Source of the DNA: an uncultured Candidatus Saccharibacteria bacterium
GTDB taxonomy: Bacteria > Patescibacteriota > Minisyncoccia > Phycocordibacterales > UBA9973
Length of the DNA stretch: 64,000 nt
Assembly: GCA_964565825.1 (NCBI GenBank)
Contig: CAZMGK010000001.1
Span: forward strand, 2,052 to 66,051
Direction of reading: 5' to 3'
Part shown: positions 43,752-52,794 of the stretch, one piece after another
Numbering within the stretch: the first letter of the stretch is position 1
How the letters are laid out: each line of letters begins with the position of its first letter
Program-made: the position numbers and the translations under genes
The notes under the pieces: generated by a model
The model's input: the letters and a program-made list of their open reading frames with translations, nothing else
The model's database searches: none
What the model was told of the DNA's origin: nothing

Positions 43752-44639
43752 TTAAGGATTACATTCTGTTTCTTGTTGTTGCAGATGATACGTTGTGCTT
43801 TGCCCAGAAAAACCAGTCGAATCGATACAAAAAGCAATATTAAAGTCTGTTTTTAATGGAGAAGAAACACCCCAGAGCGTTCCCGTAGGATGATTGTCAT
43901 GGCACACGGATAAAAGTCGATACCCAGCTGTTTCATAATCTGTTGAATACCATGGAAATGGATTATTGGAAAGTCTCGCTGCTTCTGCCAAAAAAGCTTC
44001 AACTTCAACACTATCGCACATATAGCTGTAGCTATTATTTTCTTGGTAATAAATATATGATTGTTTTTTAATTCCATCAAGAGCGGCTTTGATGGCTGCG
44101 TCACGTGCCCTATCTCGAGCATTCGTTAAACGAGGAATAATAATACCTGCAAGAATACCAATAATTGCAATCACAATGAGGAGCTCGATGAGGGTAAACC
44201 CCGACACCAATCGCAACAGACGCTGACGCCCTTTTTTGGTATGATGAGTCATCAGACGAGTAAGAAAACCGAATGGGTTATTTTTTAGGATTGGTGTGGG
44301 GGTAAACCCCGACATCAATCGCAACAGACGCTGACGCCCTTTTTTGGTATGATGAGTCATCAGACGAGTAAGAAAACCGAATGGGTTATTTTTTAGGATT
44401 GGTGTGGGGGTAAACCCCGACACCAATTTCATATACTTTTTTTTAAGGAGAGCACTTTTTTGTTTCAAAAAATGTTTTTTTGTACTAAAAACTTTTTGTT
44501 TTTTCTTTTTTAATCTTTTAACAATACTTCTATCTTTGTTAAAAATTTTGGTGTTTGAATTTGTATGTGGGGTTTTTGTTGGGGGAGGCCTACGGCCTCC
44601 GCCAACAAACACCCCCAAAAACACTACCGAAAAACACAT
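43752..44639 (-). CDS. Type IV major-pilin-like protein with in-frame tandem inserts in the leader (true start uncertain: 44639 or 44432)
   Basis: G|FTLIELLIVIAIIGILAGII, ARDRARDA, FCIDSTG. Confidence 0.82.
   Translation of the reverse strand: MCFSVVFLGVFVGGGRRPPPTKTPHTNSNTKIFNKDRSIVKRLKKKKQKVFSTKKHFLKQKSALLKKKYMKLVSGFTPTPILKNNPFGFLTRLMTHHTKKGRQRLLRLMSGFTPTPILKNNPFGFLTRLMTHHTKKGRQRLLRLVSGFTLIELLIVIAIIGILAGIIIPRLTNARDRARDAAIKAALDGIKKQSYIYYQENNSYSYMCDSVEVEAFLAEAARLSNNPFPWYSTDYETAGYRLLSVCHDNHPTGTLWGVSSPLKTDFNIAFCIDSTGFSGQSTTYHLQQQETECNP
44194..44414 (-). mobile_element. Two tandem family-B elements (108-bp period) in the prepilin leader; a further right end lies upstream at 44415-44427
   Basis: gtaaa at 44194, 44302 and 44410; the units differ by 1 nt; same termini as at 41103-41323 but a different interior. 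Confidence 0.88.
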
Positions 44640-44673
44640 ACCAAGAGCACCCTCTTTATGCTACACTATAGTC

Positions 44674-46224
44674 GTGATTAAACCTCAAAAAACAGAAGCC
44701 GAAATACTCGAACGTCGAGAATACAAAAAAGAAATGCGCATGATTGCCAGAAATCCTGACCTAATTACCTTCCCTGCACATATCAAAGAAGAGCTCGCGA
44801 ATATTCCTGAAACAATTACAGGTGCTGAAATAAAAAATCGCCGTGATTTTCGACATATTGCAACATGTACTATTGACCCAGATGACGCAAAAGATTTTGA
44901 CGATGCGATTTCGTTTCTTGTGCTTCCAGATGGAACAAAAGAAATTGGTATCCACATCGCGGATGTTGGACACTACGTACAGGAAAAAACAAAACTTGAT
45001 AAAGAAGCTTACAAACGTGGGACGTCTATCTACCTCACCAACACGGTTGTGCCGATGTTGCCAGAAAAAATATCAAACGACGTTTGTAGTCTCAAGGAAA
45101 AAGTCGACAGACTTACGTTCTCTGTCGTGGTTATATTCGACAAGAAAGATACCATCATCCACACATGGTGCGGAAAAGGTATTATTCATTCAAATAAACG
45201 ATTCACTTATAGCGGGGCACAAAAGGTAATAGACGACAAAGCTGGAATCTATGCCGAGGAACTTTTAGAACTCAAACGTATTTCAGGTACTCTTATGAAA
45301 AAACGTGAACGAGACGGAGCGCTCTTCCTCGAAGACACAGAAATTCGATTTACCTATGACCAGGACGGCAACCCAATTGGGGTACAACAAAAAGTCCGCC
45401 TCGATACGATGAAACTCGTCGAAGAATTTATGCTTTTAGCAAACAGGACAGTTGCAGAACAATTTACCAAAGATGAGCCATTTGTCTATCGTATCCACGA
45501 CAACCCTGACCGAGAAAAACTCAATGCACTCCATGACCACGGACGAGAATACGGTATCGAGATTCCAAAAAAACTCGACAACCATACACTCAATCACTTG
45601 ATACAGAGTATAGAGAATGAAGACTTGCGTTCACATTTCTCAAAAATAATTATGCGCAGTATGGCGAAAGCAGTCTATTCAAGTAACAACATCGGACACT
45701 ATGGATTGGCGTTCGATCAGTATACACATTTCACTTCCCCTATCAGACGGTATCCAGACCTCATTGCACACAGACTGCTTTTAGATAAACTCCAACATAA
45801 ACAAAAACCTATTGATGTACGTGAATTTGAAAAAAAGCTCATCTACCTGTCGACCTGTGAAAGAAAAGCTCAAGACATCGAACGTGCAAGCACCAAAGAC
45901 ATGCAGATAAAATACATGGGAAATTTTCTAGGTATGGAACGTACTGGTGTTGTCACCGGCCTCACTGAAATCGGTATATACGTTTCTGACAAAGAATCAC
46001 TCTCGGAAGGTTTCATCCACCAAAGAACTCTCGGCCGAGACTGGAAATGGAATGACAAACAACTCTTCTGGAAAAACGAAAAAATTGGTAAAATAAAAAT
46101 GGGAGATCATATTACATTCAAAGTTGAGAAAGTAAATTTTGACAAAGGTTTTATCGATTATAGTTTATGCAATCCCGTTAGAGATACACAAACTACTATC
46201 TCAATGAGACACAGTAAAAAATAG
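44674..46224 (+). CDS. rnr: Ribonuclease R (RNB + S1, N-terminally short)
   Basis: TIDPDDAKDFDDA, HIADV, EEFMLLAN, YTHFTSPIRRYPDL; GTG start 6 nt after TGCTACACT. Confidence 0.9.
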   Translation: MIKPQKTEAEILERREYKKEMRMIARNPDLITFPAHIKEELANIPETITGAEIKNRRDFRHIATCTIDPDDAKDFDDAISFLVLPDGTKEIGIHIADVGHYVQEKTKLDKEAYKRGTSIYLTNTVVPMLPEKISNDVCSLKEKVDRLTFSVVVIFDKKDTIIHTWCGKGIIHSNKRFTYSGAQKVIDDKAGIYAEELLELKRISGTLMKKRERDGALFLEDTEIRFTYDQDGNPIGVQQKVRLDTMKLVEEFMLLANRTVAEQFTKDEPFVYRIHDNPDREKLNALHDHGREYGIEIPKKLDNHTLNHLIQSIENEDLRSHFSKIIMRSMAKAVYSSNNIGHYGLAFDQYTHFTSPIRRYPDLIAHRLLLDKLQHKQKPIDVREFEKKLIYLSTCERKAQDIERASTKDMQIKYMGNFLGMERTGVVTGLTEIGIYVSDKESLSEGFIHQRTLGRDWKWNDKQLFWKNEKIGKIKMGDHITFKVEKVNFDKGFIDYSLCNPVRDTQTTISMRHSKK

Positions 46225-46296
46225 ACAAAAATGTATGAAATATTATCAAGACATTAATAATAAAACGGAAATCTTTGATTTCCTGTCGTAAGCGGG
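46173..46296 (+). mobile_element. Degenerate family-A element at the rnr/next-gene junction with 6-bp ATGCAA duplication
   Basis: ATGCAA(46167-46172)-TCCCGTTAGAG...ACGGAAATCTTTGATTTCCT..AGCGGG-ATGCAA(46297-46302). Confidence 0.75.
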
Positions 46297-48657
46297 ATGC
46301 AAGAAAAATTAGAACTTTTTAAAATACATTGGAATGATTTTCGTGCTTTTTTAGCAGAACATCGCAGAAGCATGATACTATGGATATTTGCATGTGTCTG
46401 TCTTTTTGTCATTGCTCCCTTCGTCTATTCATATATTTCTTTTAATCAAAAATTTGGTGATAGAAACACATCGCAATCAGAGCACATAGAAACACCGACT
46501 CATACACTCGAACAGATTCAAGAAATTATCGAACCAGAACGTATTGTATTTGAAAAAATTGCAGAAGAGTCTTTTCTTCCTCCACAAAAAGGAAAAATGA
46601 TTCGTGTCAATTTGTACACCATGACACTCAAGCAATACGAAAATGGGACGCTTGTTGGTTCAAAAAAGATACTCAGTAAAGCAGTTAAAGGAAGCCTCTG
46701 GGAAATCCCGAGTGGAAGTTATCCTATTTCTAACTCTAACGAAGACTACTACTCGACAAATGTTGGAGCGTGGATGCCGTATGCTATTAACTTATTCGGA
46801 AATTATTTTATTCACGGAGAGCCACACGACGCCAAAGGACGAACACTTCCCCTCTCTTTCAAAAATGGAGGTATCAGACTCAACACAACAGATGCACGAG
46901 CGTTGTTTGATTGGACAGACCCAGATACGCGTATCTCGGTCTATAGTGACAGCACCCTTGTACCTGCTCCTATTTCAGCAGAATCAGTCTATGTATCTGC
47001 CGATGGAACCATTAAACCTAAAGTCAGTGCAGAAGCATACATTGTTGCGGACATAGATACAGGTGAAATTATTCTCCAAAAAGACAAAGACGTACCGTAC
47101 GCTATTGCATCTACGACAAAACTCATGACTGCTGTGGTATCAGTAGAAAATCAAAATCAATTTGATTATGCAACAGTATCAAAAAAGGCAATCGACACGT
47201 ATGGTTTCTCTGGATATGTGCCAGGAGAAAAAATAGAACTTTCAAATTTACTCAATCCGCTTCTACTTCCCTCTTCAAATGACGCAGCAGAAATTATTGC
47301 CGAGCATTTTAACCGGACCCAGTTTCTTGCAAAAATGAATGGAAAAGCAACAGAGCTTGGTATGGATAACACAACGTTTGAAGATGCAAGCGGACTTTCA
47401 GCGAATAATAAAGCATCAGCCCACGATCTCTTCAGACTCGCGCAATATATTACTCATGAAAAACCATTTATTTGGGATATTACAAAAAGACGTGTGTACA
47501 GTGCTCAAGGTCACACTGCAAAAAATATCAGTCAATTTTTAAATGATAAAAATCTCATTGGATCAAAACCTGGCTTTACGTATGAAGCAAAACAATCAAA
47601 CGTCGGAGTCTGGGAATTACAACTCTCTGAGATCACCAAACGAAAAATTGCAATCATCATCCTGCGGTCAAATGACCGGTATCGTGACACACAAAATATA
47701 CTCTCCTATCTTAAAAAACAAGTTATCTACGGCCGTGATGGAAGGTTTGTTATTTCTGGGCCAAAAAACAAAGACAAAGAACTGAGTATGCGTTTTACCG
47801 GTGACATTATGCTTGATCGCGGTGTGCGATATTCTGTCAATAAAAATTTTAATGGTGACTACACAAAACTTTTCACCAATCTTGATTCGTACAAAGATGC
47901 TGATATTTTCTTTGCTAATTTAGAAGGACCAGTGTCTGATAAAGGAAAGGATTCAAAAAACATGTACTCATTTCGTATGGAACCACGCATACTGCCAATG
48001 CTTCAAGATGTAGGTCTCGATATTGTCTCATTTGCAAATAACCATGTTGGAGACTGGGGCCTCGAAGCATTTTCTGATTCACTCTCTCAATTAGAACAAG
48101 CAAACATTGCGTATACGGGGGCTGGGATGAAGTTTGAAGATGCGCGTGAACCAACAATTATTGAACGTAAAAATATGAAGATCGGATTTCTTGGTTTTTC
48201 AGATGTTGGGCCGTCATGGTTACACAACACAGAAACAGAAGGCTACGGTATCAACAAACTAGACACAGACACCTTTAATGAACTTGTCTCCAGCGCAACA
48301 AAAAAAGTCGACGTTCTTATCGTGTCAGTCCATTGGGGTGCAGAATATTCCACCACTACTGAAAGGCAACGAGAATTTGCACATCGAGCAATAGATAGTG
48401 GTGCAAAAATTGTCGTCGGTCACCATCCTCATGTCGTCCAACCACTAGAAGTCTACAAAGGAGGTCTTATCGCGTATAGCCTAGGGAATTTTATTTTCGA
48501 TCAAGGATTCTCAAAAGATGTCATGCGTGGGCTGACCCTTGAAGTTCTGATTGATACAGATGAAAAGTACATTAAACAATACAACACCTATATCACAGAA
48601 CAGAACGCGTACTTTGTCCCAGGTGCCCCTTTTAAAGAAAGAGTACTCGAGGAATAA
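46297..48657 (+). CDS. Fusion: L,D-transpeptidase-like + D-Ala-D-Ala carboxypeptidase (S11) + CapA-family metallophosphoesterase
   Basis: N-terminal TM; WMPY..YFIHG..GGIRL; ASTTK/SSN/KPG; GDIMLDR, NLEG, ANNH..DWG, HWG.EY, GHHPHV, YSLGNF. Confidence 0.88.
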   Translation: MQEKLELFKIHWNDFRAFLAEHRRSMILWIFACVCLFVIAPFVYSYISFNQKFGDRNTSQSEHIETPTHTLEQIQEIIEPERIVFEKIAEESFLPPQKGKMIRVNLYTMTLKQYENGTLVGSKKILSKAVKGSLWEIPSGSYPISNSNEDYYSTNVGAWMPYAINLFGNYFIHGEPHDAKGRTLPLSFKNGGIRLNTTDARALFDWTDPDTRISVYSDSTLVPAPISAESVYVSADGTIKPKVSAEAYIVADIDTGEIILQKDKDVPYAIASTTKLMTAVVSVENQNQFDYATVSKKAIDTYGFSGYVPGEKIELSNLLNPLLLPSSNDAAEIIAEHFNRTQFLAKMNGKATELGMDNTTFEDASGLSANNKASAHDLFRLAQYITHEKPFIWDITKRRVYSAQGHTAKNISQFLNDKNLIGSKPGFTYEAKQSNVGVWELQLSEITKRKIAIIILRSNDRYRDTQNILSYLKKQVIYGRDGRFVISGPKNKDKELSMRFTGDIMLDRGVRYSVNKNFNGDYTKLFTNLDSYKDADIFFANLEGPVSDKGKDSKNMYSFRMEPRILPMLQDVGLDIVSFANNHVGDWGLEAFSDSLSQLEQANIAYTGAGMKFEDAREPTIIERKNMKIGFLGFSDVGPSWLHNTETEGYGINKLDTDTFNELVSSATKKVDVLIVSVHWGAEYSTTTERQREFAHRAIDSGAKIVVGHHPHVVQPLEVYKGGLIAYSLGNFIFDQGFSKDVMRGLTLEVLIDTDEKYIKQYNTYITEQNAYFVPGAPFKERVLEE

Positions 48658-48829
48658 GACCTAGTATAGTATGGTCTCGCTGTACATTCTGAAACCCTGG
48701 ACAACACGATACGAGCGTGGGTAAGAGGCGTGATGCAAGTTACAGAAAACAGAAAAAGAGCGGAACAACTACGTTGTTCCGCTCTTTTGATTTGTTTTTA
48801 TAGTAAAATTATCTGTTGCACCCTTATAT

Positions 48830-48952
48830 CTAGCCTTGTCGAGCGTTTCTTTTTGGGTTCTTTTTATTGATACGAAATAGCTTTCCGCGTCTTTTGACCA
48901 TAAATTCCCCTTTTTGGAGGTCTACTCGTTTTAATGATGTCTTTATCTTCAT
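48830..48952 (-). CDS. rpmJ: 50S ribosomal protein L36, Cys-free type (40 aa; below ORF-track cutoff)
   Basis: MKIKTSLKRVDLQKGEFMVKRRGKLFRINKKNPKRNARQG*. Confidence 0.9.
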   Translation of the reverse strand: MKIKTSLKRVDLQKGEFMVKRRGKLFRINKKNPKRNARQG

Positions 48953-49008
48953 ACACTATATATACCATATCTCGTATTTTTTTTCAATACCCATTGAGGT
49001 ACGTACTT

Positions 49009-49506
49009 TTACCAGAAAATGCGAGCACCTTTATAGACTACGGTACCACTAGCGATCTGCATAAGTTCTAAACGAATACTCCCCTCACCTACGGTGAGAT
49101 GGAGCGCATATCGTATCGGTGTAGTACTCACACTCTTTTGATTTGTGTAGACAAATACATCATGATGTGTGGATATATCATCTACCGTAGCAAGAAACTG
49201 TGTCAAAAAAACAACGGCCTTACTAGCTGTAACTTTAAAGGGAGTTACTCCGTCTTCATCACTCATAGAGTGCTCAATAAAATCTCGAACGATATCAACG
49301 TGTTTTTGAACTTTCGTGACTTCCATAAGAAGTTTTGGCATATATACGGCATGAGATTCTTGACTCTCTCTATCTAGGAGATTTTCAATGGAGGTCGTCG
49401 TAATATCTAGTTTTTTCAAATTTGGTGCACACAATGCAACTTTTTCAAACTTGCGTAACAAAATATGTGTAACAGGTACTTTTTTTTTAAAGAAATACTG
49501 GGCCAT
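49009..49506 (-). CDS. Hypothetical protein
   Basis: 165-aa ORF, no motif recognised. Confidence 0.6.
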   Translation of the reverse strand: MAQYFFKKKVPVTHILLRKFEKVALCAPNLKKLDITTTSIENLLDRESQESHAVYMPKLLMEVTKVQKHVDIVRDFIEHSMSDEDGVTPFKVTASKAVVFLTQFLATVDDISTHHDVFVYTNQKSVSTTPIRYALHLTVGEGSIRLELMQIASGTVVYKGARIFW

Positions 49507-49583
49507 AGGTATATAATTTTATTTTTTATACTATACCACAAGAAATAAAATAATGCTAGGCCTGTTTCGATACGTACAGAGCC

Positions 49584-49640
49584 GTACAAAAAAGCGTAAA
49601 CACCACACAGTATCTGTGTGGTGTTTACGCTTTTTTGTAC
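49584..49640. terminator. Long near-perfect hairpin downstream of smc
   Basis: gtacaaaaaagcgtaaacaccacacag-tat-ctgtgtggtgtttacgcttttttgtac. Confidence 0.7.
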
Positions 49641-49660
49641 GCTATTTTTTATTTGTTTTT

Positions 49661-51928
49661 TTATTTGGCGTATTCTTCTGCCTCTGTAAACTTAATAGAG
49701 AGTAGTTTTGATGCGCCATCGGCTGACACAGTCACTCCATAGAGTATTCCCGCACGTGACATGGTTTCTCTGTTGTGAGTCACCACAACCAGTTGCGATA
49801 CTTTGGAGAGATTTTCAATCATATCTCCATAGCGTCTTGAATTAGCTTCATCGAGAGCTGCGTCTGTTTCATCAAGTACCAAAAATGGTGGTGGGTTAAC
49901 CTGAGACATAGCAAACAACAGTGCGATAGACGTAAGTGATCGTTCTCCACCTGAGAGCATGCCGAGTTCTTTTACTTTCTTCTGAGGGAGAGATACATGA
50001 ATATCAATACCACGTTCAAATTCCATTTCGGTTTCATTATCTTGGGGTATGGCGATATCTTCACTCTCTTCTTCGTCTTTTCTTTTTCTTCTGTGTTCTG
50101 TAGACAAAGACAATGAGGCGGTTCCACCACCAAACATCAAAGAAAAGAACTGGGCAAAAGAATCATTGATTTTCAAAATACCTGTCTTAAATTCAGAATC
50201 AAGTCTCAGTTTCAAGTCAGCAATCAATGCTCGTAATTCTGAAATAGATCTCTCGAGGTCAGACAATTCTGTTGCCAAAAATACATCTCGTTCTTGTGTT
50301 GCCTCGTATTCTTTCATTGTATCACTACCGCCAAGTCCACCTGACTCTTCTAATTTTATTTTTACTCGTTCAATTTTTCGGCGTATTTCATCTTGACGCG
50401 TCGCATCTATTTCTTGTACTGGGTGTTCTTTGGGCGTATACGTTGGCATATCAGAGCCCAATAGAGCTAATCCTTCACGGAGTTCGTTTTCAAAAAATTC
50501 TTCTTTACTGTGAATACGTGATTCCTCGCTCGTCAAATTTTGTAAATGAATGTGTAGTGCTTCTTTTTTACTCAAAACTTCGTAATACTCTTTGTCTGCA
50601 TATACACGCTGTGTACGCTCTTCGGACATTTTTTGCTCAATTTCTGCGCGCTCTGATACAAGTGTACTTGTTTCAAATTCAAGTACTTTAATTTTTTCCT
50701 CAATAACATTAATATCTTGATCTATTTTTTGTATATGCTCTGTATTATCTATTGCTTCTGGTGTAACCTCAGTGTCTTCTAGATATTCACTATTTTGAAC
50801 AATATGAAGCTGTGCATCACGAGCAGTGTTATGTATAAAAGAAATATCTGTAGATTGGACAATAGATACGAGTCTCGTTGTGATTTCATTAAATGTTTTT
50901 TTGACCAGACTGTGCGGAATAAATTTTTCTCGATACTCTACCGGTTTTGGTTTTTCTAATAGCGCTTCTTTTGTTCCTTCTAGTCTCCCTAACGAACGCT
51001 CGAGTTCATTCTTGAGGCGATTATGCTCGTGTATTGAATGCAACACAGCATCATAGTGCGATTGAAAGAGAGATGTCGTAACTGCTGTTCTGTTTTGCTC
51101 AAGCGTATGCAACAGATCAGTTACAGTATTGTATGATATGTGCATCTCTTGCTTCTTATGTAAAAAAGTTTCTTTCAAATCAGTTATATGCTGATACTCA
51201 TGTTGAATATACTCAGTGTACAAATCCATTAATTCAAAACGGAGGTTTGCTGCTTTTTCTATTTTCTCAACTTGTTTTTTGAGATACAAGAGATGTGGTG
51301 CGAGCTCGCGTTTGAGTGCTTGTATCTCTTTTATATTCGTCTCTGTTCTGTCAAGACGTCGTTCTGTTTCTTTTATTCTAAATTGGTATATCTTGAGACC
51401 GAGAGCGTCTTCTATCATAACGCGTCTATCGCGAGAATTTGCAGAAAGTATTCTATCGGCTTCACCTTGTGAAATAATATGATGACCAGATGCACCAATA
51501 TTCACAGAAGAAAGAAGCTCGATAATATCTTTGAGTCGTACTTCGGTGTCATTTATTTTATACGTATTTGCACCATCAGAAAAGACTTCACGACTAATGC
51601 GGACTTCGTCATATGACAGTAATTTTGTTTTTGTATCACTCGTATCACCAAAAGTGAATAGCTTTTTCCGATTATCAAATGTAATGGTTACTGATGCTCG
51701 AGATAGCGGAGGAAGTTGTTTGGAACCTTTAAAGATGAGGTCACTCCCCCCTTTACCGCGGAGAGATTTAATAGATTGTTCACCGAGCACAAAACGAATT
51801 GCTTCAACCACGTTTGATTTACCTGAACCGTTGGGACCAACAATACCTGCCACAGGAGAGTCAAAAACCAAAACAGTCTTTTTTGCAAAAGACTTAAAAC
51901 CTGCTAATTCTATACTCTTCAAAACCAT
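49661..51928 (-). CDS. smc: Short SMC-family chromosome segregation ATPase
   Basis: GFKSFA, GPNGSGKSN, ISQG, LSGGE, LDETDAALD, VTHN. Confidence 0.92.
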   Translation of the reverse strand: MVLKSIELAGFKSFAKKTVLVFDSPVAGIVGPNGSGKSNVVEAIRFVLGEQSIKSLRGKGGSDLIFKGSKQLPPLSRASVTITFDNRKKLFTFGDTSDTKTKLLSYDEVRISREVFSDGANTYKINDTEVRLKDIIELLSSVNIGASGHHIISQGEADRILSANSRDRRVMIEDALGLKIYQFRIKETERRLDRTETNIKEIQALKRELAPHLLYLKKQVEKIEKAANLRFELMDLYTEYIQHEYQHITDLKETFLHKKQEMHISYNTVTDLLHTLEQNRTAVTTSLFQSHYDAVLHSIHEHNRLKNELERSLGRLEGTKEALLEKPKPVEYREKFIPHSLVKKTFNEITTRLVSIVQSTDISFIHNTARDAQLHIVQNSEYLEDTEVTPEAIDNTEHIQKIDQDINVIEEKIKVLEFETSTLVSERAEIEQKMSEERTQRVYADKEYYEVLSKKEALHIHLQNLTSEESRIHSKEEFFENELREGLALLGSDMPTYTPKEHPVQEIDATRQDEIRRKIERVKIKLEESGGLGGSDTMKEYEATQERDVFLATELSDLERSISELRALIADLKLRLDSEFKTGILKINDSFAQFFSLMFGGGTASLSLSTEHRRKRKDEEESEDIAIPQDNETEMEFERGIDIHVSLPQKKVKELGMLSGGERSLTSIALLFAMSQVNPPPFLVLDETDAALDEANSRRYGDMIENLSKVSQLVVVTHNRETMSRAGILYGVTVSADGASKLLSIKFTEAEEYAK

Positions 51929-52003
51929 ATAAACAGTATATCATACTGTAGCGTATAGGTAATAGCCTGCCTGCCGGCAAAGGCAGGGTTTTAGGGAGCA
52001 GAG

Positions 52004-52048
52004 ACATACAAGAGAGGCACATCCTTTGGATGTGCCTCTCTTGTATGT
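52004..52048. terminator. Perfect hairpin, ATACA...TGTAT family, downstream of rnc
   Basis: acatacaagagaggcacatcc-ttt-ggatgtgcctctcttgtatgt; preceded by the CCTGCCTGCCGGCAAAGGCAGG palindrome at 51966-51987. Confidence 0.75.
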
Positions 52049-52095
52049 GAATTTGTATTTTCTATTCCCTACAATCTGTGATCTATTCCCTATTA

Positions 52096-52794
52096 TTAGT
52101 CCATCCACTTTTTTTGTTCAATCGCCAACTGTGCTGCATTTTGTTCAGCCTCTTGTTTAGATTTACCTTTACCAGAAGCGATAAGGTCAGACCCAAAGAA
52201 AATTCCGACACTAAACTTTTTATCATGATCTGGTCCTGATTCGTTGAGAACTTTATATGATGGAGTGACGTGATAGACCTCTTGAGCTTTTTCTTGCACT
52301 AGAGATTTTGCATCGCGCCAGAGCTTGTGTTTGATGATCTGTTCGATCTTAGGAAAGAGATATTTTTCAATAAAAAGCTTGCATGGTTCGTAGCCTTGAT
52401 CGAGGTACAATGCACCGATAAATGATTCAAACGTATTTGCGAGGATGTGCATTCGGGCTTTACCGATATCTTTACTTTCACCTTTTGAGAGAAGGAGATA
52501 TTCGTTCATACCGAGATCTTGTGCAACACCACCGATCACTTGTGTATTCACCAGTGATGACCGAAATGCCGTCAATTCACCTTCTGGAGAATTTGGAAAA
52601 TTCATGTATAAGTGAGTGGTAACAATGAGTTCAAGAACTGCATCACCCAAAAATTCGAGTCGTTCATTGTGTCCATGTTTGAGATTACTATTCTCATTCA
52701 AGTAAGAACGATGTACAAATGCTTGGGTCAGTAAGTTTTTATCTTTAAAATGGATATTCAGTTTTTCTTCAAATGGGGTGAAATTAGCTTGCAT
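52096..52794 (-). CDS. rnc: Ribonuclease III
   Basis: HNERLEFLGDAVL, C-terminal dsRBD (GPDH, SKQEAEQ.AA). Confidence 0.97.
   Translation of the reverse strand: MQANFTPFEEKLNIHFKDKNLLTQAFVHRSYLNENSNLKHGHNERLEFLGDAVLELIVTTHLYMNFPNSPEGELTAFRSSLVNTQVIGGVAQDLGMNEYLLLSKGESKDIGKARMHILANTFESFIGALYLDQGYEPCKLFIEKYLFPKIEQIIKHKLWRDAKSLVQEKAQEVYHVTPSYKVLNESGPDHDKKFSVGIFFGSDLIASGKGKSKQEAEQNAAQLAIEQKKWMD

Noticed and set aside
41103-44414. Pilin repeats as CRISPR or DGR template/variable repeats
   Set aside because: Units are whole-length duplicates without unique spacers or adenine-specific mismatches; no reverse transcriptase in the window.
44404-44673. N-terminal 90 aa of the 606-aa rnr ORF
   Set aside because: Overlaps the divergent pilin leader and a hairpin; GTG 44674 after TGCTACACT is the better start.
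48672-48725. 17-codon ORF or small RNA after the CapA fusion
   Set aside because: No supporting motif, structure or second copy.
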